Below, in pieces: positions 31,386 through 39,671 of a DNA stretch of 64,000 bases. The stretch's first letter is position 1; the number at the start of each line of letters is the position of its first letter. The position numbers and the translations under genes are program-made. Source of the stretch: Planctomycetota bacterium (GTDB lineage Bacteria > Planctomycetota > UBA8108 > SXIK01); assembly GCA_965223265.1 (NCBI GenBank), contig OZ244999.1, forward strand, positions 6,944,001-7,008,000, written 5' to 3'. The notes under the pieces are model-generated. The model did not search any database, was not told the DNA's origin, and was given only the letters and a program-made list of their open reading frames with translations.

Positions 31386-32215
31386 GAGACGGAGGCGGAG
31401 GCAGCATCAGAAGCAGATACGGATCCAGAGACGGAGACGGGCCGCACACGCACACGCACACGCACACGCTCACACAAGACCGGACGGCACACGGGAGTGT
31501 GCCTGCTACTTTCAGCCCACGCACACGCACCCGCCCACGCCCACGCACACGCACACGCTCACACAAGACCGGACGGCACACGGGAGTGTGCCTGCTACTT
31601 TCAGCCCACGCACACGCACACGCACACGCACACGCACACGCACACACAAGACCGGACGGCACACGGGAGTGTGCCTGCTACTTTCAGCCCACGCCCACGC
31701 CCACGCACACGCACACGCCCACGCACACGCCCACGCACACGCCCACGCACACGCTCACGCTCACGCACACACAAGACCGGACGGCACACGGGAGTGTGCC
31801 TGCTACTTTCAGCCCACGCCCACGCCCACGCACACGCACACGCCCACGCACACGCCCACGCACACGCCCACGCACACGCCCACGCACACGCTCACGCTCA
31901 CGCACACACAAGACCGGACGGCACACGGGAGTGTGCCTGCTACTTTCAGCCCACGCACACGCACACGCACACGCACACGCACACGCACACGCACACGCTC
32001 ACGCTCACGCTCACACAGGACCGGACGGCACACGGGAGTGTGCCTGCTACTTTCAGCCCACGCCCACGCCCACGCCCACGCACACGCTCACGCTCACGCT
32101 CACGCTCACGCTCACGCAATCGCACACGCACACGCACACGCACACGCTCACGCACACGCACACGCACACGCACACGCAATCGCAATCGCAATCGCAATCG
32201 CAATCGCAATCGTTC
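31386..32215 (+). repeat. Array of six 44-bp GTAG-REP hairpin units separated by ACGC(A/C/T)C hexamer tracts
   Basis: CAAGACCGGACGGCACACGGGAGTGTGCCTGCTACTTTCAGCCC at 31475, 31564, 31647, 31772, 31909 and 32016 (last has one mismatch); spacers 45/39/81/93/63 bp; ends in (GCAATC)n. Confidence 0.95.
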
Positions 32216-32294
32216 ACGCCCACTGGCGCAGCCTCATCGGAAACGCAAGGGATTGCGCCCGCCGCGAGCGCAGCGGGCGCATGGGCTCGCACGC

Positions 32295-32618
32295 TCAGCG
32301 AGTCAACCCGCGAAGAAGCGCGAGAAGACGATCAAGCGTCTCAAGAGGCGTCGTGACGTCATCGCCTCTCAGATCGCCCCAGGCCAGAGCCAGTCGTAGC
32401 GCGGTCTCGACCTCGCGCGCACTGCCGCGCGCGACGCGAAAGAGGTGCTGGCGATCTTTCCCAGCGCGCTCGGCGCCTTCCGAGAGGTTGAGCGCCACCG
32501 AAGAAGCAGCGCGCCGAAGCTGCCGATGCAGATCGGGATCGAGCCGCCGAAGCCGCGCCAAAGGAATTCGCAAATCGCCAATCAAAGCGAGACTGACATC
32601 GACAGCGATGAAACGCAT
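32295..32618 (-). CDS. Four-helix-bundle protein (TIGR02436 / 23S rRNA-IVS / bAvd-like)
   Basis: 107 aa from ATG 32618 with GGAGG RBS; family signature DLHRQLRRAASSVALNLSEG...FRVARGSAREVETAL. Confidence 0.9.
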   Translation of the reverse strand: MRFIAVDVSLALIGDLRIPLARLRRLDPDLHRQLRRAASSVALNLSEGAERAGKDRQHLFRVARGSAREVETALRLALAWGDLRGDDVTTPLETLDRLLALLRGLTR

Positions 32619-32697
32619 GTGAAGCCTCCGCAGAAAAGGTGAGTCGAAAGCCCGCCACGTCCGAGCGGCGGTACTGCACCCCCCAACGCGGAGCGGA

Positions 32698-32752
32698 GGG
32701 GCAGTCAAGGGCGCGAAGCGCCGAGCGCAGCGAGGGCACCCTTGACTGCCCC
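32698..32752. other. Perfect 14-bp inverted repeat upstream of the four-helix-bundle gene
   Basis: GGGGCAGTCAAGGG (32698-32711) pairs with CCCTTGACTGCCCC (32739-32752). Confidence 0.85.
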
Positions 32753-32804
32753 GAGCACCGCGTACACTCGACAATGACCGCCGCCGTACGGTAACCCCTG
32801 CTAC

Positions 32805-33030
32805 AGATTCAGAGACAGAGGCAGCATCAGAAGCAGATACCGATCCAGAGACGGAGACGGGCTGCACTCGCCCACGCCCACGCACACGCAATCGCACACG
32901 CACACGCAATCGCACACGCACACGCTCACACAAGACCGGACGGCACACGGGAGTGTGCCTGCTACTTTCAGCCCACGCCCACGCCACGCACACGCACACG
33001 CAATCGCAAGCGCACTCGCAATCGCAATCG
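32805..33030 (+). repeat. Second composite module (48-bp block, hexamers, one REP unit, GCAATC hexamers)
   Basis: Block 32818-32865 has two mismatches to 31398-31445; exact 44-bp unit at 32931-32974. Confidence 0.9.
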
Positions 33031-33118
33031 CCCCTCCCACTCCCGCAGCGGGAGGCGGGTCGGGTCGAGAACGACGTTCGCCCCCCGATTCTCTTCTCCG
33101 CTAGAGCGAGATGCCGCG

Positions 33119-33457
33119 TCAAAAAACGTCCGGGGGCAGATCCGGAAAACTGATCCCGTCGCGGGGCTGATAGGATCCCGAGTGAAAGGATTCAAAGAGT
33201 GCCTTCGTCAGCGGATGAACCACCTGCTCGCCACCGTCGTCCGGTTCAAGGTTCTCTTCAGCCACATAGGTGGTGTGCTGCCCACCGTGAACCAGTACGT
33301 GATACCACGGTTGCTGCCGTGCCGGCTGCGTGTTGTTGCGGTAATACCACTCGTCCGGGGCTTTACACTTTTCATCGCATCCGGCGACGACGCCGCGATA
33401 GCTGTACCGCTTGTGGTGGACCAGTTCGCCAACTTGAAACTTGGCTGGATCGACCAT
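33119..33457 (-). CDS. hspQ: Heat shock protein HspQ (YccV/hemimethylated DNA-binding-like)
   Basis: KFQVGELVHHKRYSYRGVV, QPWYHVLV, TTYVAEENL. Confidence 0.88.
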   Translation of the reverse strand: MVDPAKFQVGELVHHKRYSYRGVVAGCDEKCKAPDEWYYRNNTQPARQQPWYHVLVHGGQHTTYVAEENLEPDDGGEQVVHPLTKALFESFHSGSYQPRDGISFPDLPPDVF

Positions 33458-33777
33458 GAAACTCCAGGACTCCTCATACCTTCAACTGGCCAGCTCGGCG
33501 AGCACGGCCATCTGCGCGCAGCCGGCACATCTATGAAACTTCACAGCCGTGGTGTTGGCAAGCGATGACGCTCGCCCAGAAGCGCCTCAGCCGTGTGATA
33601 CACGGCTCTTCTGGGCAGCGAGACGACAACAGTCTCGACGCTAACCCTTGACGATCGCAGCGCAATCGGCAAACTCAAGTCGGCAGGGTGCACTTGCAAT
33701 CTTCGAGGTACAGAGTGAAGAGATCCCTGGAGACATCAACGGGAGCTGCGATGAGGAGCTCGGTGAAGAGTTCGCCG

Positions 33778-35607
33778 ATGAGATCGAAACGCCGTTGGAA
33801 ACCATGGATCGTTCTCCTGACGTCCATCTCCGCCGTGGCATGGGTCGCCGCAGCTCCATCGCAGAAGCAACTGGATGCAGCGGGTCAGGACGCACGCGAC
33901 GACGCGCTCACTGAGCCGCGGACCGCAGAGCGGTTCCGAGAACTGGACGCCGACGGGAACGGCCGGTTGACAGCAGACGAAGTCGACCCGGCCCTTTGGA
34001 ACGCACTGCTGACGGATAACGGCATCGCCGGCGACCAAGCCGTGGACGCCCAGATCGCCCTGGCGCAGTTTGAGTCACCGCCGCCGCCCCCGAAGCCCAG
34101 ATATGGTATCTGGTCGCTGGCGCCCGCAGTGCTCGCACTCGTGCTCGCCTATGCGACTAAGAACGTGCTTTTCGCCCTTTTCCTCGCCATCATCTCGGCT
34201 TCGGTGATCGTGTTTTCACACTCCGGCAATTGGGCGGACCTCAACTTTCTTGAACTCTTTCTGAAGCCATCGCTCGGCACGCCGAAGTACGCAACGATTC
34301 TGCTGGTCTATCTCTGGTTTCTCGGTGGCCTGCTCGGCATCTGGACAAAAACCGGGGGAGCACGGCTTTTCGCTGAGAGGATCGGTAGTGTTTTCGCTCG
34401 CGGCCCGCGAGGCTCGAAGCTCTTCGCTTGGGTTGTCGGGTGCATCTTCCATCAAGGCGGCACAGTCAGCACTGTTCTCGCCGGAACGACGGTGAAGCCG
34501 GTCGCCGACAAGCACCGCGTCAGCCATGAAGAGCTTTCCTACCTCGTCGACTCGACCGCTTCGCCGGTTGCGACGATCCTGCCGTTCAACGCCTGGCCTG
34601 TATATATCAGTGGCCTCGTCGCCGGTGTGGCCGTGGGCGCCGAGAGCTTCGTTCTGATCCCGAATGAGATCAGCGGCGTGCGGTGGTTCCTCGAGTCAAT
34701 CCCGTACAACTTCTATGGCATGTTTGCGGTCCTGTCGACGTTTCTCTTCAGTATCGACCTCTTGCCGTGGACTGGCCGCAAGATGCGCCGCGCCATCGAG
34801 AGAGCGCGCACGACAGGAGAGCTCGACGCGCCCGATGCCGTGCCTCTGCTCGCTGCAGAACCTGAGACAGCGGACTCGAAGCCACAGTACCGTGCCGGTC
34901 TTGAGGATTTCTTCGTGCCTTTGGGCATCCTTCTCGCCGTCGCCATGATACCGTTCTTCGTTCGCGAGGATCAGAAGCTGTTCATCGGTGAAGCGTTTCT
35001 CTGCTCGACGGTGAGCGCCATGGTGTTAGCCAGAATCAAAGGGATGCAGCTGCGCGTTGTCGTCGAGGCTTTTCTGGACGGCTGTAAGAGCATGACGCTC
35101 GGTGCTATCATCCTCGGGCTGGCGCTGACGCTCGGAAATGTCGCCAAGGAACTCGACACCGCAGGGTATGTGATCCAGTTGATCGGCGGCGTCGTGCCAG
35201 CGTGGCTGCTGCCAGCAGCACTCACCTCGGTGTGCATGGTGATCTCATTTTCGATCGGGTCGTCGTTTGGCACCTACGCCGTCATCTTTCCCATCGCGGT
35301 GCCGCTGGCTCTGCAGGTAGCGATTGCCGCTCAAGGGCTCAACGCTGAGCCGATCAGTGGACTCGCGGCCGCACACCCTGAGCAGTGGGGCGCAATTCTC
35401 TTTTACGTTCACGTCTGTTTCGGAGCCGTCATGGGCGGAGCCGTGTTCGGCGACCAATGCTCGCCGATTTCCGACACGACCATCCTCTCGAGCATGTTCA
35501 CAGGTTGCGATGTAATGGATCACGTCACAACCCAGCTTCCGCTCGCTCTTGCGGCGGCTGGTCTCGGAGCGATCTGCTCGACACTTCTCGCGTTGTTCTT
35601 CTTCTGA
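33778..35607 (+). CDS. NhaC-family antiporter/transporter with N-terminal EF-hand
   Basis: WSLAPAVLAL, SYLVDSTASP, PFNAW, IGSSFGTYA, GAVFGDQCSPISDTTILSS, DHVTTQLP; EF-hand DADGNGRLTADE. Start uncertain (33751 or 33778). Confidence 0.85.
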   Translation: MRSKRRWKPWIVLLTSISAVAWVAAAPSQKQLDAAGQDARDDALTEPRTAERFRELDADGNGRLTADEVDPALWNALLTDNGIAGDQAVDAQIALAQFESPPPPPKPRYGIWSLAPAVLALVLAYATKNVLFALFLAIISASVIVFSHSGNWADLNFLELFLKPSLGTPKYATILLVYLWFLGGLLGIWTKTGGARLFAERIGSVFARGPRGSKLFAWVVGCIFHQGGTVSTVLAGTTVKPVADKHRVSHEELSYLVDSTASPVATILPFNAWPVYISGLVAGVAVGAESFVLIPNEISGVRWFLESIPYNFYGMFAVLSTFLFSIDLLPWTGRKMRRAIERARTTGELDAPDAVPLLAAEPETADSKPQYRAGLEDFFVPLGILLAVAMIPFFVREDQKLFIGEAFLCSTVSAMVLARIKGMQLRVVVEAFLDGCKSMTLGAIILGLALTLGNVAKELDTAGYVIQLIGGVVPAWLLPAALTSVCMVISFSIGSSFGTYAVIFPIAVPLALQVAIAAQGLNAEPISGLAAAHPEQWGAILFYVHVCFGAVMGGAVFGDQCSPISDTTILSSMFTGCDVMDHVTTQLPLALAAAGLGAICSTLLALFFF

Positions 35608-35702
35608 CAGATTCAGATACGGATGACTGAGCCAGATGCAGATGCGGTTGACAGATCACATCTGCTCCCCCCCAACGACTCAGATCTAGCGCAGTCTCGC
35701 CT

Positions 35703-36782
35703 TCAAAAATCCATGCGTTCGAGTTCTTCAATGTCGACCCGTCGAAGCGGGTGCGACTGCTCCATGCGGTCGAGTGACGCCCGATCTTTGAAGCCGCTTC
35801 CGGTCACTAGGCAGACCACTACTGACTTGGGGTCGAGCCGACCGGTTGCCTTCGCCTTGAGCGCGCCCGCAAAAGCGACGGCCCCCGCGGGCTCAGTCAA
35901 GATCCCTGCAACTTCCGCCAGTTGACGCTGAGCCTCGTACACCTCGGGGTCGGAGACCAGGTGGCCGGTCCCACCGCAGGCACGACACGCTTGCAGCGCC
36001 GCGTCGCCGTCGATCACGTTGGCCACCTGCAGCCCGCTTACCTTCGTCGTGCACTCGACCGCCACAGCACGGTCACGGCCATCGCGAAGGGGAGCTGCGA
36101 TCGTGGCATTGCCGTCGGGCTGAACGCACTCGATCGTCGGCCTCCTGACCAGTCCCTCGCGGTTCGACACCACTTGAAACCCACGCGCACACGCGAGCGT
36201 CAGCCCCCCGCCACCGGCCGGTACGAACACGTGGTCGATCGTCGGCAGCTGCGTTGCCAGTTCATAACTGATCGTTTGCACTCCGCTCATGGCGTCAGCG
36301 CAGTAGGCAAACGCGCTGACGAGAAAATCTACGTCCGGCCGCTCACCCCAGTGCCCAAGCCGTCGCAGGACGCGGCTAGTGACGCGCGAATCAAACCCGA
36401 AACCTTCAACACTGACGAGCTCCGCCCCGTAGCACTGGATCTGTTGGAGCTTCCCTGCGGGCACACCGTCGATCACCACGACACGGCACGAAATACCGGC
36501 AGCGGCACAGTAGGCAGCGATCGCAGCGCCCGCATTGCCGCTCGAGCAGGTCACACAACGGCGCTTTCCATGTGCCTTGAGAAGCGAGATCGCGACGGCC
36601 GCGAATCGATCCTTGTAGGACCCGGTTGGCAACCCGCTTTCTACCTTGAAAAAAAGATTCTCCAGCCCACATTTCTCCCCCAGCCGCGACGCGTGGACGA
36701 GCGGCGTCTCGTTCTCTCCGATCGAGATTCGAGACTCGGGCGGCACGGTGGCAATCCAATCGCTCCAGCGCCAAAGGCTCAT
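35703..36782 (-). CDS. Threonine synthase-like PLP-dependent enzyme
   Basis: GENETPL, PTGSYKDR, CSSGNAG, VPAGGGGL, EPAGA, VTGSGFKD; start 36782 gives an ATGA overlap with the SDR. Confidence 0.85.
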   Translation of the reverse strand: MSLWRWSDWIATVPPESRISIGENETPLVHASRLGEKCGLENLFFKVESGLPTGSYKDRFAAVAISLLKAHGKRRCVTCSSGNAGAAIAAYCAAAGISCRVVVIDGVPAGKLQQIQCYGAELVSVEGFGFDSRVTSRVLRRLGHWGERPDVDFLVSAFAYCADAMSGVQTISYELATQLPTIDHVFVPAGGGGLTLACARGFQVVSNREGLVRRPTIECVQPDGNATIAAPLRDGRDRAVAVECTTKVSGLQVANVIDGDAALQACRACGGTGHLVSDPEVYEAQRQLAEVAGILTEPAGAVAFAGALKAKATGRLDPKSVVVCLVTGSGFKDRASLDRMEQSHPLRRVDIEELERMDF

Positions 36783-37591
36783 TCGAACTCGTCCGGATGC
36801 ATCATATGCTTGGCGCTGTGTGGAGTGCAGTGATGGTGCCACCCGCCATCGACGACGAGTGTTGTGCCATTGACGTACGAGGCGTCGTCGCTCGCAAGCA
36901 CGGCGATGGTGCGAGCAATCTCTTCGGCCGATCCCCAGCGACGCATCGAGATGATGTCTTCAGACGTCGCACGCAGACTTCGAGTCAGCGACTCTCCTTC
37001 TTCGGTTGTATAGTCACGGCTGAGCTCGGTATCGATCGCACCCGGGTTAACCGCGATCGATCGAATCCCTTTCGAGCCATAGAGCGCGGCCAATTCGAAC
37101 GTCAGGGCGTTCATCCCGCCCTTCGCGGCGACATAGGCGGGGCTCAATCCTGCAGCCAGGAACGCCTGCACGCTCGAAACGTTGATAATGACGCCGCGAC
37201 GGCGCGATTCCATGTACTCGGCAGCCCATCGTGCCAAGAAGGCCGGCGCCGTGAGGGCGATGCGGAGAGTCCGCTCCCAAGACTCGATCGTGATCTTGCG
37301 CAGTGTCACGAGTTCACGCCACACGGCGTTGTTAACCAACACGTCCAAACGCCCGAAGTCGCGGACAGAGTCTTTGAGAGCACTCTCCGCGAAGTCCAGA
37401 GAGCCGAGGTCTCCGGCTTTGAGGATGGCTCGCACGCCGTGCTGTTCGACGCGACGACCGGTCTCCCGAAGATCGCCTTCGAGAATATCGAGCAGGATCA
37501 TGTCGTGGCCGCGGCGGGCGAACTCGATGGCCGTTGCGCGGCCGATGCCACGAGCGGCACCAGTGACCAAGGCGACAGGCTTCGCGTTCAT
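36779..37591 (-). CDS. SDR family oxidoreductase
   Basis: TGAARGIG, LVNNA, INVSS, YVAAK, NPGAIDT, VDGG. Confidence 0.92.
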   Translation of the reverse strand: MNAKPVALVTGAARGIGRATAIEFARRGHDMILLDILEGDLRETGRRVEQHGVRAILKAGDLGSLDFAESALKDSVRDFGRLDVLVNNAVWRELVTLRKITIESWERTLRIALTAPAFLARWAAEYMESRRRGVIINVSSVQAFLAAGLSPAYVAAKGGMNALTFELAALYGSKGIRSIAVNPGAIDTELSRDYTTEEGESLTRSLRATSEDIISMRRWGSAEEIARTIAVLASDDASYVNGTTLVVDGGWHHHCTPHSAKHMMHPDEFE

Positions 37592-38013
37592 GGAGTCAGT
37601 CTCTCGCACCTCCAGCAAAGTCGGTTCAAACGGTGTCCCCTGTCAGAGAAACTGCAGAGTTACCGGAATGGCAAGTGTTTTCGCCGCGTCCTTTCGTCGA
37701 GAACCGACCTCGCAGCGAGCATCGGTCACGGCGTTTCGTACGAGAAGGACTCTTCGGCCACGGCAGACCCCGCCGTGGCGTCTTGTGGAAGAGCCCGTCA
37801 GGGCCGGACGATCGCGGCCGCAGCGTGAGCCGTTCGGACGCTCGCGGCTAGGCTACTCGGCCTGGGCAGCACCTTTCACGCACGCACGTTATCGGCAATT
37901 GTTCGGTGGGACTATAGTTCAAATGGACTAACAGCCGATAGCCAAGTTGTTCACACGTACTCGGCGGGGTGCGTCGATCGCTCATCTCCTATTCACAAGG
38001 ATTCGCTCCGCAG

Positions 38014-39360
38014 ATGTCTCGCTTCGGCCAACTGCTACAGCGGCACTGGGCTCTGGTCGCCGCTCTCTCGCTCACAGGACTTGCGATCACCGCAGCGGGG
38101 TCCCATCTCGTTCTGGCGTCGGTGTCCGCCGCCCTCGTGTGGTTGGGCTACTATTCCATCGAGTTTCACAAAGAACGAATGAAGGAAGTCGAACTTGAGA
38201 CTAAGCGCAAGAGCTCGTACTTCGTCGCCAATCTGGCACACGAAATCCGCACACCCATGACCGCGCTACTAGGCGCAGCGGAGCTCCTACAAGGAGACAT
38301 CGAAGGAAATTCCGAAGCAGAAGAAGATCTTTCGATCATTTTTCAAAGCGGTGAACACATTCTGGCCATGGTCAACGACATCCTCGACATGTCAAAGATC
38401 GAAGCCGGAGAGATGGTCATCGAAAAGGTCTCCTGCTGCCCGATCAAGATCATCCGCGAAGTGATCGCGATCCTTGGCCCGGAAGCGCAACGCAAAGGGT
38501 TGTCGTTGCAAGAGCGCTACTCCGATCAAATCCCGGAAACGATCTCCTCCGATCCGGTCCGACTGCGGCAGTTGCTTCTGAATTTGGTCGGTAATGCGAT
38601 CAAGTTCACGAAGAACGGATCGATCCAGGTATACCTCGAAGCACGCACCTCCGGCGGTTCGACAGTCGAGCTGACGATTCGTGTCACAGACACCGGGATT
38701 GGCATTCCTCACGACAAACTCGAGTCGATCTTCTTGCCGTTCCATCAGGTAGGTCCATTGACTCATGACGTACAGATGGGCACAGGATTGGGTCTGCCCA
38801 TCTGCCGGCGGCTCGCCTCGCTTCTCGGTGGTGAATTGACAGTCGAGAGTCAACTGGGGCGAGGAAGCACCTTCACGCTCGCATTCTCCGATGATCTACC
38901 GGACGGTGCATCGCTCGTGTCGGCACCGAACCGCACGTGGAAACGATTCGATCAACCTCGCAAGTCCCTCGTCCTTCAAAAGATCGAAGCAAAAATCCTC
39001 GTAGCCGCGACCGCTCCGGAAAGTCAGCGCCTGTTGAGCTCCTTTCTGGCGCGCCTCGGTGCCGATGTCGTGGTTGCGACCGACGGCGCCGACGCCGTCG
39101 AGCAATGTCTCTCGCAGGATTTTGACGTTGTGCTGATGGAGCTGACCCTCCCGGTGCTCGATGGCTTCGATGCCATGAAGGCGATCCGCGCCAGAGGCCG
39201 TGAAGTCCCAGCAATCGCACTGACAGCAGAAGAGAACGCTCCGGACGCTGGTACCGGCTTCACGGATCACCTAGCTAAGCCGTTCGGGCCAGAGGAACTG
39301 GTCGCACGGATTCGATCGGCGCTCAAGCAGCCGGTGACTTCCGAGACCGAGCACGCCTGA
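38014..39360 (+). CDS. Membrane hybrid sensor histidine kinase with degenerate receiver
   Basis: H-box AHEIRTPM; N-box NLVGNAIKFT; DTGIGI; GTGLGL; receiver reads VVLMELTLP. Start uncertain. Confidence 0.88.
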   Translation: MSRFGQLLQRHWALVAALSLTGLAITAAGSHLVLASVSAALVWLGYYSIEFHKERMKEVELETKRKSSYFVANLAHEIRTPMTALLGAAELLQGDIEGNSEAEEDLSIIFQSGEHILAMVNDILDMSKIEAGEMVIEKVSCCPIKIIREVIAILGPEAQRKGLSLQERYSDQIPETISSDPVRLRQLLLNLVGNAIKFTKNGSIQVYLEARTSGGSTVELTIRVTDTGIGIPHDKLESIFLPFHQVGPLTHDVQMGTGLGLPICRRLASLLGGELTVESQLGRGSTFTLAFSDDLPDGASLVSAPNRTWKRFDQPRKSLVLQKIEAKILVAATAPESQRLLSSFLARLGADVVVATDGADAVEQCLSQDFDVVLMELTLPVLDGFDAMKAIRARGREVPAIALTAEENAPDAGTGFTDHLAKPFGPEELVARIRSALKQPVTSETEHA

Positions 39361-39530
39361 AAAAGTGCTTCGAGCTGAAAACTGGTCGCTTCGCGTCCAG
39401 GTCGGCCGGCGAACGCAGGTAAATCTCCGATCCCTCTTCCATAGGATATACACGGCGAGGCTCGCCGCGGCTGATCTGGGCTTGAAGAGGCCGGTCTCTC
39501 AGCCGAATGACTTTTTCAGTCGGCTGCCAA
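39355..39530 (+). mobile_element. MITE-like element, copy B
   Basis: GCCTGAAAAAGTGCTTCGAGC...GCCGAATGACTTTTTCAGTCGGCTG; overlaps the kinase stop codon. Confidence 0.8.
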
Positions 39531-39671
39531 CCTCCCCCTTCACCGAACGTGCTCCGACTGGGGGAGGCCCCCACGATTGCAAAGGCTACGGGGAAGGGTG
39601 AGAATCGCATAGCGGTCGACGCTCGTATGACGTCGGCGACGGACTTGTGCTGCGTGCCTCAGAGTCCTCAT

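Noticed and set aside
31475-32059. True CRISPR array
   Set aside because: Spacers are low-complexity, mutually related and 39-93 bp; there is no cas gene or AT-rich leader; the repeat has GTAG-REP structure and dispersed copies.
31273-32399. Long HAHAHA/TRTRTR/VCVCVC ORFs in several frames
   Set aside because: By-products of stop-free hexamer repeats; open on both strands, with no RBS or domain.
32295-32618. Diversity-generating retroelement or 23S rRNA intervening sequence
   Set aside because: No reverse transcriptase, no TR/VR pair with adenine-specific mismatches, and no rRNA sequence seen in the window.
32619-33122. N-terminal 168 aa of the 275-aa ORF 32295..33122
   Set aside because: Translates repeat DNA; the real gene starts at ATG 32618 with a GGAGG RBS.
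15065-33457. Functional lon-hspQ linkage
   Set aside because: HspQ modulates Lon in enterobacteria, but the genes are about 16 kb apart with unrelated genes between them.
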